Source: Methanobacteriota archaeon (lineage in GTDB: Archaea > Thermoplasmatota > E2 > DHVEG-1). Taken from it: 64,000 nt of DNA. The position numbers and the translations under genes are program-made. The notes beneath the pieces are model-generated. The model saw only the letters and a list, made by a program, of their open reading frames with translations. It was not told the DNA's origin and searched no databases. Below are positions 1 to 8,199 of the stretch, one piece after another; the first letter of the stretch is position 1, and every line of letters starts with the position of its first letter. The DNA is taken from positions 512,001 to 576,000 of the forward strand of contig CAVYNH010000006.1 in the NCBI GenBank assembly GCA_963769885.1, read 5' to 3'.

Positions 1-2
1 TC

Positions 3-2027
3 GTGTATGTGGAGGCTGACGACATCCGGGATCCGCTGGTCCTGCAGGAGATGGACCGGGTGGCGACCCGGGTTGATACGTATTCGCTGGATCGTGGCGA
101 GCTGGACGGCGTGGTCACGGTCACGAGCCTGGCGAGCCTGATCAAGGAGGAGCATGCGAAACCACTGCTCCCCGGGGGCTTCGGGGGGGAAGGCCTTAAC
201 GAGGTGCCGACGGACCCTGCGCTGATCACCACATATCTTGCCCGGGTCCAGTCCATGAAGGAGACGCTGTTCCTGGATACGTATAAGGTGGGGGTCATCG
301 TCTTTCAGCTGTCGCAGACCGCGGATGCGGCGAAGGTCCTACAGGCGGTCCATGAGGCGGTCGCGAAGAACGCCCATTACGCGGACATGACCGTCACGGG
401 CAGCATCGCCGTGAAGCAGGCGATGCAGGTACAGACCACGCAGTCGCTGCTGATTGTCGCCGTCATCGCCCTCGCGTTGGTCATGGTCAACATCTATCTG
501 TTCCATCGGAGTCTGAAAAGCTTCGTGGTCGCGTTCCTGCCGCTGGGGTTCTCGTTGGCTCTCACCTTTGGGATCCTGGGGCTGGTGCATCCGGAGATCA
601 CGGTTCTCACGATCGCTGCTGTCGCCCTCCTCGTCGGTCTGGGCGATGACTACGCGGTCTACCTTTCCAGCCGCTTCGCCGAAGGGACGACCCAGAAGGA
701 TCAAATCGAGAGGGTCGAGTCGATGCTGCGGATGACCGGCAAGGCCGTGTTCCTCTGCTGTCTGGCGACGGCGATCGGGTTCGGCTCGCTGATGACGTCC
801 TCGATGGCGCCGATCGTCGCCTTCGGTTTCGTCTGCCTCCTGGGGACCATGCTGGTGTTCGTCTCCGCGGTCATCCTTGTCCCCTGCCTCTGCATCCTGC
901 TCCATTATGAGAGCCATGAGACGGGCCGTCGCTGGCACCGCTTCTCCGCTTTCCTTGTTGACCAGCGGAAACGGCTCTTCGTCATCGGGTGCGCCTTCGT
1001 CGTCCTCTCGCTCGTGGTGCTCCCCCAGGTCAAAACCGACGTGAACTACCTGAAGATGGCGCCGCAGGACATCCCCGAGGTCCAGAAGCTCCTGGAGTAT
1101 TCGGAGAAGTTCGGGAAAGGGGCGAACTTCAACGCCCTCCTTGTCCAGACCGAGAATCAGGGGCTCATCGACCCTGAGACGATTGACGCGATCTACGCCC
1201 TGGAAACCCGGATCCGTGCCGCGGGCGGCTCCGCCTACTCTATCGTCGACGAGTTGAAGAAATACAATGAGGTCTTCGACCGAAACACCCTCCTCAGGAA
1301 CATCACGGCGCTCGCTGGCATCAACACCCTCATCTTCGACAAGATCGCGGAGAAAGGACTCGTGAACACGGATTGCTCCAAGACCCTCATCTTGGTCTCG
1401 TTCCCCGCGCAGCTCACCATCGAACAGCTCGAGACCGCTGTCGCCAGTGTCAACACCCTCGCGGCCTCCGCCGGCCTCCCCGGTGACGGCCGGGTCTCCT
1501 CCCTCATCGGCCAGGACGCCGTCACCGTCATCGTCAACCAGCAGATCATGGGCACGCAGATGACCTCGCTGCTCACCGAGCTGTTGCTGATTCTCGCCTG
1601 CCTCATCATCGGGTTCAGCTCCGTCCGGGTCGGAATCCTCTCCATCGTCCCGGTCCTGTTCGTCCTTGCCTGGGAGCCAGGCTCCCTCGTGATGCTGAAC
1701 ATCCCCCTCTCTGTCGTCAACATCACCGTCGCCGCCATCGTGATCAGCACCGGCATCGACTACGGCATCATCGTTACTCAGCGGCTGAACGAAGAACGCG
1801 GCAAAGGCAGATCCAAGGAAGACGCCCTGAAGACGACGCTGGAGACCAGCGGCTTCTCCATCATCACCGCCTCCTCCACCACCATGGTCGCCTTGCTGGC
1901 CACCTTCTTCGTCAACATCCCGATGCTGCAGCAGTTCAGCGTCATCGTCATCGTCCTCTACCTGCTCGCGCTCGTCGCCTGCTTCTGCATCCTGCCTACC
2001 GTCTATGTCTCAAAATGGTTCCGGTAG
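3..2027 (+). CDS. MMPL/RND-family transporter (5' end outside window)
   Basis: Two repeats of a large soluble loop followed by several TM helices, with RND motifs GLGDDYAVY and TGIDYGI; ORF is open at the window edge. Confidence 0.88.
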   Translation: MYVEADDIRDPLVLQEMDRVATRVDTYSLDRGELDGVVTVTSLASLIKEEHAKPLLPGGFGGEGLNEVPTDPALITTYLARVQSMKETLFLDTYKVGVIVFQLSQTADAAKVLQAVHEAVAKNAHYADMTVTGSIAVKQAMQVQTTQSLLIVAVIALALVMVNIYLFHRSLKSFVVAFLPLGFSLALTFGILGLVHPEITVLTIAAVALLVGLGDDYAVYLSSRFAEGTTQKDQIERVESMLRMTGKAVFLCCLATAIGFGSLMTSSMAPIVAFGFVCLLGTMLVFVSAVILVPCLCILLHYESHETGRRWHRFSAFLVDQRKRLFVIGCAFVVLSLVVLPQVKTDVNYLKMAPQDIPEVQKLLEYSEKFGKGANFNALLVQTENQGLIDPETIDAIYALETRIRAAGGSAYSIVDELKKYNEVFDRNTLLRNITALAGINTLIFDKIAEKGLVNTDCSKTLILVSFPAQLTIEQLETAVASVNTLAASAGLPGDGRVSSLIGQDAVTVIVNQQIMGTQMTSLLTELLLILACLIIGFSSVRVGILSIVPVLFVLAWEPGSLVMLNIPLSVVNITVAAIVISTGIDYGIIVTQRLNEERGKGRSKEDALKTTLETSGFSIITASSTTMVALLATFFVNIPMLQQFSVIVIVLYLLALVACFCILPTVYVSKWFR

Positions 2028-2038
2028 CCAGACAACCC

Positions 2039-2296
2039 TTATCTTTTTCGCTTCCGGAAATGCATCGTCCGCAGGAACGGCACGTCAAAGACGAGCGTCC
2101 CGACAAGGATAAGACAGCCTAACATGAACTCGGCCTCGTACGTCGGCAGACCCTTGAGGAGCCCTTGCCCAATAGACTCAATCAGAAAAAGAACCGCGAT
2201 GAGGAACGGCGCGATGACTAGAATCGGCGTCAACCACAGCTCCAGCCGCCTGCTCAAGATGATTTTCTGCGCCTGCCGCAACCCCCGCTTGTCCAT
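2039..2296 (-). CDS. Small membrane protein, 2 predicted TM helices
   Basis: 85-aa ORF starting immediately after the stop of the upstream gene; two hydrophobic segments and a basic tail. Confidence 0.7.
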   Translation of the reverse strand: MDKRGLRQAQKIILSRRLELWLTPILVIAPFLIAVLFLIESIGQGLLKGLPTYEAEFMLGCLILVGTLVFDVPFLRTMHFRKRKR

Positions 2297-2995
2297 CTAC
2301 GACCAGCCTCCAAGCGGATGGATGAGCTCAGGCGGCAGGATATTCACATGGAACAGTCCAAGGCTCTGCCACAACAGAAACAACAATAACGCGGGAACGA
2401 GCTGGATGAGGAGGTCGTCATCGAGCCACCGGAACTTCACCCGCTCTCCCAAGATTGCCCCAACGGCACCGATGAGACCGACGGCAACGAGAACAGGCGG
2501 CGCCGCCCGATACCAGGTCGCCACGAAAAAGCAGAAACTCAGCAAAAACCCGAGCAGATACGCGAACCGCCGAGGAAAACGATACCGGAATTCCCCGATT
2601 GACGGGTCGACGAAACAGGCGCAGAGAATGCAGGGGACGGCGATCTGTTGCGGAAATAACAAAAACAGAAGAATCAGGCCAACTCCGAAGTAAAAATAGC
2701 TCGCGGGACGGTGATGTTCATAGGACCGCAGCCCGAAAAAATATTGACGATCCAGTTCACCGCCGAGACGCCGGACCTCAATAATGCCTACACACACCAG
2801 GATAACCACCGGCACTACGATCTTCGCCAGGTCGATCCACGGCTCAACCGGCAGCAGGTAGTACACCAGAAAACAAGAGGCAAACGTATGAAACACCCGA
2901 CGGAACCAATGGGCGTCCACCTCGATGGACAGAAGACGCTCCAAAAGCTCGTCCTGATATTCCTCAACCCGTTCCTTCAGCTGCTTCGCGTTCAT
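2297..2995 (-). CDS. Dolichol/phytol kinase-like CTP-dependent lipid kinase (SEC59/DGK1/VTE5 family)
   Basis: RRVFH motif, LRSYE loop, DP-x-x-G in a TM helix, C-terminal DDDLL; polytopic membrane protein. Confidence 0.7.
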   Translation of the reverse strand: MNAKQLKERVEEYQDELLERLLSIEVDAHWFRRVFHTFASCFLVYYLLPVEPWIDLAKIVVPVVILVCVGIIEVRRLGGELDRQYFFGLRSYEHHRPASYFYFGVGLILLFLLFPQQIAVPCILCACFVDPSIGEFRYRFPRRFAYLLGFLLSFCFFVATWYRAAPPVLVAVGLIGAVGAILGERVKFRWLDDDLLIQLVPALLLFLLWQSLGLFHVNILPPELIHPLGGWS

Positions 2996-3047
2996 GCAGT
3001 AAGCGATGGAAAAACCCTACTCGATTATTAATCCTATGGCCTCGAAT

Positions 3048-3743
3048 TTAGTCGGTGCTTGACACCTGCTGATCCAGGGTCATAATCCCCTGACGGCTGG
3101 CCACAATCACAAGGTCCGCGAGATTAATGAACAGCCCATTCTCAACCACTCCGGGAATCGCGTTAATGTCTTTTTCCAGGACTTCAGGCTGAGCAATCCG
3201 ACCGAAGTCACAATCGATGATATAGTTGCCATTATCCGTGATGAACTTCTCATCAACGATTGTGCGCAGCTCCGCCGTACATCCCAGGTCAACCAGGGAT
3301 TTTTTCGTCGCCGCCCAGCCAAACTTCGTCACTTCGACAGGCACGGGAAAATCAGCCCCGAGGCCTTTGACAATCTTGGTCTCATCCACGGCGATGATTT
3401 CCTTTTTCGTATGGTACGCCACGATCTTCTCGCGGGTCAGTGCGCCGCCACCGCCTTTAATGAGGTTCAAATGGGAGTCCACCTCGTCAGCGCCATCGAT
3501 GGTGACGTCGATTTCTATAGTCTCGTCAAGCTCGATGATGGGGATGGCGAATTCACTGGCGAGTTTCTTGGATTTCATGGAGGTCGGGACAGCCTGTATC
3601 CGGAAGCCGTCTTTGACCATGGCGCCAAGCTTGCGAACGGCGAACTCAGCGGTTGAACCGGTCCCCAGACCTACAATCATTCCATCTTCGACGAACTGCA
3701 CCGCGCGCTCCGCGGCCAGTTTCTTCATTTCCGGTTGTTCCAC
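3048..3743 (-). CDS. rpiA: Ribose-5-phosphate isomerase A
   Basis: GLGTGST, DGADEVD, IKGGGGALTREK, TDNGN motifs. Confidence 0.97.
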   Translation of the reverse strand: MEQPEMKKLAAERAVQFVEDGMIVGLGTGSTAEFAVRKLGAMVKDGFRIQAVPTSMKSKKLASEFAIPIIELDETIEIDVTIDGADEVDSHLNLIKGGGGALTREKIVAYHTKKEIIAVDETKIVKGLGADFPVPVEVTKFGWAATKKSLVDLGCTAELRTIVDEKFITDNGNYIIDCDFGRIAQPEVLEKDINAIPGVVENGLFINLADLVIVASRQGIMTLDQQVSSTD

Positions 3744-3817
3744 GCTGTCACCACTCTTGTAACCGGCGTCGTATACAAAAACTTATACTTTGGAGTGGCA
3801 TTTCCCACCGTGACATT

Positions 3818-4522
3818 ATGCTAGGCAACTGTGATGACCACGGGTACTTCCGAGGCGAAGTCTGCCCAATCTGTAACCACAAGGGCCGTTTCCTGATGAG
3901 CGACCGTGAGCTCGACTCGCTGGGTCGAATCATGGCCGGCGTCTTGCGGCATTTCCCGGAGAAATTGGGAGTCGTGGTCGACGGTCATGGCTGGGTCGAT
4001 ATTTCGAAGTTCGTGGAGGCAGTCGGCGGGAGCCGCTCGGGGTTCCATTGGTTGAAGACCACGCACGTCGAGGCCATCGCATTGACGGACCCGAAGGGGC
4101 GGTACCAGGTTGACGGTGGGATGATTCGGGCGACGTATGGGCATACCATCGATGTGAAGCTGGATGACCTGCCGCTGGCGGACAATGAGTTCTTCTATTA
4201 CCCGGTGACCGAGGAGGAGATCGATTTGATCCTTGAGGGTGGGTTGAGGCCGATTGACCGTCGTCAGGTGCATCTCAGCGGGAGCATCGGGAAGGCGTTG
4301 GAGGCGGGTCGTGTGCGTACGGAGGATCCGTTGATTCTTCGGATTGATGGGAAGAAGGCCAAGGAGGACGGATTGCTCATTTATCGTGCCGGGTTCGATG
4401 TGTATGTGACGGACCGGGTTGACGCGAAGTACATCTCTAAAGTTGATCCCTCCGAGTATACGGAATCTGGGGAAAAGAGCGATGAAACCGGCGAGGAACC
4501 CAGTGAGGAAAAAAGCGAATAG
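3818..4522 (+). CDS. kptA: RNA 2'-phosphotransferase (KptA/Tpt1) with N-terminal Zn-binding motif
   Basis: LRH, KGRY, IRATYGHT, RRQVHLS motifs; N-terminal CxxH...CxxC; true start ATG 3818. Confidence 0.92.
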   Translation: MLGNCDDHGYFRGEVCPICNHKGRFLMSDRELDSLGRIMAGVLRHFPEKLGVVVDGHGWVDISKFVEAVGGSRSGFHWLKTTHVEAIALTDPKGRYQVDGGMIRATYGHTIDVKLDDLPLADNEFFYYPVTEEEIDLILEGGLRPIDRRQVHLSGSIGKALEAGRVRTEDPLILRIDGKKAKEDGLLIYRAGFDVYVTDRVDAKYISKVDPSEYTESGEKSDETGEEPSEEKSE

Positions 4523-4645
4523 ACGTGGGCCATTGCTGAGGGGGGTGTCGAGGCATTCTCTTTCTTCGTTCTCGCTTGGGTGGGTACCGTTAGATTTTTA
4601 ATCATAAAGCAGTTAGGGTCTCCCACCAGGGTTTTACTCCTGGAA

Positions 4646-4720
4646 GGGCTTGTAGCTCAGCTAGGTTAGAGCAGTCGGCTCTTAACCGACTGGCCGTGGG
4701 TTCGAATCCCTCCAAGCCCG
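4646..4720 (+). tRNA. tRNA-Lys(CTT)
   Basis: Acceptor GGGCTTG/CAAGCCC, anticodon arm GTCGG-CT-CTT-AA-CCGAC, T-loop GTTCGAATC; CCA not encoded. Confidence 0.97.
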
Positions 4721-4730
4721 TTCTTTTTTT
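4721..4730 (+). terminator. Oligo-T terminator after tRNA-Lys
   Basis: TTCTTTTTTT directly after the discriminator base. Confidence 0.6.
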
Positions 4731-4752
4731 CAAACCAAGGAGGTATCGTATC

Positions 4753-4839
4753 GTGTTTGGTATTATCATGGCGGGGGTGGGGGTTGTTGTTCCTGTTGTT
4801 GTTGTCGGACTTGGCGTGGACGTAGTGAGGCCTTTATAA
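4753..4839 (+). CDS. Candidate 28-aa Val-rich hydrophobic micropeptide
   Basis: AAGGAGGT Shine-Dalgarno 8 nt before GTG; MFGIIMAGVGVVVPVVVVGLGVDVVRPL*. Confidence 0.3.
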   Translation: MFGIIMAGVGVVVPVVVVGLGVDVVRPL

Positions 4840-4891
4840 CTCCTTGATGATTTCTGAACAGCAGAATTGGGTAATGTCCTTTGGGTGATGG

Positions 4892-5220
4892 GTTATCAAA
4901 AAGAGGTGTCCTGAGTGTCGCATGAAAGCCGTCCGTCTCTATCAGAACCGGACGGTCGATGGGCGGCGGAAATGGGTTCCTGTGGCCTGGTGCTGTACTG
5001 AGTGTTCGTATACGTATACGATTGAGTCTAATACGTTGCTGTATCCGATTGGGGGGAGCTCTATCAGGAGTCGTTTCAGGGGCTCTGCCCGAAGTGCGGG
5101 CAGAGATTGTCTCGGCTCTTTCGGCATAAGAACCCGACCCGGGGCAAGCAGGAGTGGGTCTCCAGCGCGTGGTACTGCACGCGGTGTAAGTGGGTCTGGA
5201 ACGATGCTGCCTCGCATTGA
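4892..5220 (+). pseudogene. Tandem double zinc-ribbon protein, interrupted by a frameshift at the G6 run (5051-5056); start uncertain
   Basis: Frame A: KRCPECRMKAVRLY...KWVPVAWCCTEC; frame B: LCPKCGQRLSRLF...EWVSSAWYCTRC; the two halves are clearly homologous. Confidence 0.75.
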
Positions 5221-5306
5221 CGATATGGATGAAGCGTGTTCAGCATTGTGCTAGGCGGACTCGCCGACCGGTTTTTTCAAGGTGGACGCTCCCCTGTTTT
5301 GGCGGC

Positions 5307-5320
5307 TATAAGTATAAATA
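5307..5320 (+). promoter_or_regulatory. TATA-box promoter for the rpl41e-tRNA-Trp unit
   Basis: TATAAGTATAAATA about 45 nt upstream of the rpl41e ATG. Confidence 0.55.
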
Positions 5321-5363
5321 CAGCTATCCTTTTTAGGGCTGGGTATACACCAGAGGAAACGCA

Positions 5364-5462
5364 ATGAAACGCAGCTCACGGGTATGGAAGAAACGGCGGA
5401 AAATGCGCTGGAAGTGGCGCAAGAAACGGATGCGCCGCGAGAAGCGCATGCGCAAACAGTGA
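5364..5462 (+). CDS. rpl41e: Ribosomal protein eL41 (eS32); missed by the ORF track
   Basis: MKRSSRVWKKRRKMRWKWRKKRMRREKRMRKQ contains the eL41 MRxKWRKKRMRR signature; GAGGA SD. Confidence 0.92.
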   Translation: MKRSSRVWKKRRKMRWKWRKKRMRREKRMRKQ

Positions 5463-5483
5463 TCTTCGATGATTCGCCCCTAT

Positions 5484-5622
5484 GGGAGCATGGTGTAACC
5501 CGGCATCATTACGGGCTCCAGTTAGGTATGATTACAAGAGGGTCATCTGACGGATGATGAGTAACTGGAGCGATGACCTACGAAGAGACCCGTCGATCTG
5601 GGTTCAAATCCCAGTGCTCCCA
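5484..5622 (+). tRNA. tRNA-Trp(CCA) with a 66-nt intron at 37/38 (5522-5587)
   Basis: Acceptor GGGAGCA/TGCTCCC, anticodon stem ACGGG/CCCGT, anticodon CCA 5518-5520, T-arm GGTTCAAATCC; relaxed bulge-helix-bulge junction. Confidence 0.95.
5522..5587 (+). ncRNA. Intron-encoded box C/D guide RNA
   Basis: C ATGATTA 5528-34, D' CTGA 5547-50, C' ATGATGA 5554-60, D ATGA 5573-76; D guide TAACTGGAGC is complementary to 5515-5524 and N+5 falls on C34. Confidence 0.9.
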
Positions 5623-5676
5623 TCCCTCTCGCCCGCCTCTGAACAAAAAAATGGAACCAATGAGGTTAGAAGAACT

Positions 5677-5877
5677 ATGTTCAGCCTGAAGAAATTCAAC
5701 CTGACAACCGTCTTTGCCATCCTCCTCGTCATCGCAGGACTTGCCTTGTACATCGGCTGGGGAATCCAGTACGGCGTCTGGTACGACATCGGCATCTATT
5801 CAATCGTCATTGTGCTGGTCCTCGCCGGCATCCTCGGCATCCTGATCTCCCTGCGCGACGTCAAAGAAGAGGCATAA
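5677..5877 (+). CDS. Small 2-TM membrane protein (66 aa)
   Basis: GAGGT SD upstream of ATG 5677; two hydrophobic helices. Confidence 0.75.
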   Translation: MFSLKKFNLTTVFAILLVIAGLALYIGWGIQYGVWYDIGIYSIVIVLVLAGILGILISLRDVKEEA

Positions 5878-5940
5878 CCCCCCCTTTTTCCCCCTATTTT
5901 CTAGATAACTATTAAATAGAATCCCAGATACTTACCCTTG

Positions 5941-6150
5941 ATGAATCCGAGCGACGAGGAATTACGGAAGTACTCTGGAGAATGGGTCCTGCTGTTCAAA
6001 GACAAGGTCGTCGACCACAGCGTCAACCTCGAAGAGGTCCTCAAGGTCGCCGAGGAGAAATACCCGGAAGACAAGGTCCCCAAGGACAGCCTCAAGATTT
6101 CCAGGGTCCTCACCAGCCCGCAGGAAAAAAGCCAGCGGTTCATCAAATAA
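5941..6150 (+). CDS. DUF5678-like small protein
   Basis: KYSGEWVLL...VVDHS..LEEV...A..KYP pattern; TATA (TATTAAATA) about 25 nt upstream. Confidence 0.7.
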   Translation: MNPSDEELRKYSGEWVLLFKDKVVDHSVNLEEVLKVAEEKYPEDKVPKDSLKISRVLTSPQEKSQRFIK

Positions 6151-6194
6151 CCCCGGTCCCATCGCAAATCTTATTCAATCCCAACCCTTTACCT

Positions 6195-6599
6195 ATGCCG
6201 ATGCCATCACGACCCCTCATCTTCCCCTACAACGACTATCCCTTGATTCCCATCAAGTTCCACTACCAGGACCGCGTCACCCCTCTCATTGACGCCCTCC
6301 TCGACTCCGGCGGCGACTTCATCGTCATCCCCAACGCCATCGCCAAATTCCTCAAACTCAAACTCTCCAAAGCCGGCTGCGTCGACACCGCCGGCGGCGA
6401 AGCCACCCTCTGCAGCTCCCGCGTCACCATGACCATCCACGGCGACGGCCACCAGTACAGCTACCCCAACATCGAGATCTTCGTCTCCGACCGCAACGAC
6501 CTCCCCGTCCTCCTCGGCCGCAAACCCATCTTCGACGACTACGAGATCGTCTTCAAGAAACACGAAAACACCCTCATTCTCCAATCCATCCACCCCTAA
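6195..6599 (+). CDS. Retropepsin-like (clan AA) aspartyl protease
   Basis: ALLDSGG catalytic motif, TAGG flap, VLLGR motif. Confidence 0.85.
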   Translation: MPMPSRPLIFPYNDYPLIPIKFHYQDRVTPLIDALLDSGGDFIVIPNAIAKFLKLKLSKAGCVDTAGGEATLCSSRVTMTIHGDGHQYSYPNIEIFVSDRNDLPVLLGRKPIFDDYEIVFKKHENTLILQSIHP

Positions 6600-6713
6600 A
6601 AACAACCCAATAGACACCTGGAACAGGGGAAATAGTCACAGAAAACCATTGTTAATATTAAAGGAACCTTTAAATCAAAGAGCATGGATATCCCACCCCG
6701 AGGGAACAAACCT

Positions 6714-6899
6714 ATGGTGTATGAACAGAATGGATGGAAACTCTATAAACGCGACGTCACTTTGAAAGGAGGACGGAATCAAACCATTTACTTTTTCAGC
6801 AAACGCATCCCAAAAAGCGGGACACCCTGCGATCTCCCACCTGGCTACACCGTCGGTGTCAACAAACGCACCGGCCTGCCCTACCTTAAAAAAGCATAA
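6714..6899 (+). CDS. Conserved small basic protein (61 aa)
   Basis: VTLKGGRNQTIYFF...LPPGY.V.VN.RTGLPYLKK pattern; own promoter (CCTTTAAAT) and GAGGG SD. Confidence 0.8.
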   Translation: MVYEQNGWKLYKRDVTLKGGRNQTIYFFSKRIPKSGTPCDLPPGYTVGVNKRTGLPYLKKA

Positions 6900-7079
6900 A
6901 TCCGAGGGTCCTGCCCTCTAACCGCCTCAAGCGACAGCCTTTCGCCGTCCCTTGAGTCTTTCTTCCCATTTTCTCCTTCGCTATACTCGTTTTCGGTTCT
7001 TCAGGCAGGGTTCCTGACTTGGTTCTCCCCGTTCTTCTACCACAATCTCCATAAACAGCCGATAAGTTATCCTATCCCC

Positions 7080-8162
7080 GTGGACCCTCCCCCAAAACGG
7101 CCGAAGGTCAAGCTCTACACGGTCATCAGCCTTACCCTTAGCCTTCTCATCATCGTTCTTGTCCTGTACTTCACTATCAGCCCGGATACCGTGAACAAGC
7201 TATCCCAGGTGCAAATCCATTATGAGTTCTTCGTCTTCGCGATCCTATTGAACATCGCGTCCTGGGTGCTGTGGGGCTGGCGTCTCCAAGTCCTCGCCCG
7301 GTCGTTGGATCCAACGGTTCAGATTAGTCTCTGGGAAGGGACCCGTATCGTTATCGCAAACTTGTTTCTGGCGAGCATCACCCCGGCGCTTGCGGGCGGT
7401 GAGCCGCTTCGGATCTATCTCTTGAAAAAAGATGGGATGAGTATTGGAGGAGCGACCGCCGCGATCATCGGGGAACGCCTCATTGACGCCCTCTTAATCT
7501 TGATCCTCCTGCCGTTCGCGTTCCTTATCTTTAAAGACCGACTCAATAGCCCGATGGTCGCCTGGGGTGCGGGGATTGGTATCGCTGTATTCATCGTGTT
7601 TATCGTCCTCTTCCTCTATGCGTTACGAAACCCGGAGCGGATAAAGCGATTTCTTCTCTATCTCAATGAAAGGTTTTCGCGGTTGAGGAAAAAGAAGGAA
7701 GATTCGGCTGAGTCAGCGAAGTCCGTTTCGTTTATCAGTCGCGAGGTTGACAGCTTTTCCTCCAGCATGCGGTTCTTGACGGGTAAGGGGAAACGGGCGT
7801 TCTTGTACGTCAGCCTCCTGACGGTCGCTTTCTGGGGGGTCTCGTTCATGATTCCGTCAATGTTGCTGCGCGGCCTAGGATTGCCACCGTTCGTCATCGA
7901 ATCCTATGCGGCGCAGCTGATCTTGCTGATTATCGTGATGATGCCGACGACGCCGGGGAGCAGCGGCATTGCGGAGATTAGTATCAGCGGGTTGTACAGC
8001 GTCATCATCGGCGCGACCAATGGGTACCTGCTTGGAGTCTTCGTCCTCCTCTTCCGATTGATCACCTACCATATGAATTTGATCGCGGGGGCGATCTTCC
8101 AGTATCGGATCTTCAAATCGTTGACCTCGTTCACGTTCGACGCGCTGTCTAAGGATGATTGA
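7080..8162 (+). CDS. Lysylphosphatidylglycerol-synthase-TM / flippase-like protein (UPF0104)
   Basis: ITPALAGGEP, ERLID, PTTPGSSGIAE, FRLITY motifs. Confidence 0.88.
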   Translation: MDPPPKRPKVKLYTVISLTLSLLIIVLVLYFTISPDTVNKLSQVQIHYEFFVFAILLNIASWVLWGWRLQVLARSLDPTVQISLWEGTRIVIANLFLASITPALAGGEPLRIYLLKKDGMSIGGATAAIIGERLIDALLILILLPFAFLIFKDRLNSPMVAWGAGIGIAVFIVFIVLFLYALRNPERIKRFLLYLNERFSRLRKKKEDSAESAKSVSFISREVDSFSSSMRFLTGKGKRAFLYVSLLTVAFWGVSFMIPSMLLRGLGLPPFVIESYAAQLILLIIVMMPTTPGSSGIAEISISGLYSVIIGATNGYLLGVFVLLFRLITYHMNLIAGAIFQYRIFKSLTSFTFDALSKDD

Positions 8163-8199
8163 GATATCATTTTAAATACGCCATGAGCTGTGGGGTGAT

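Noticed and set aside
5554-5676. N-terminal extension of ORF 5554-5877
   Set aside because: It overlaps the tRNA-Trp intron and 3' exon; the SD supports ATG 5677.
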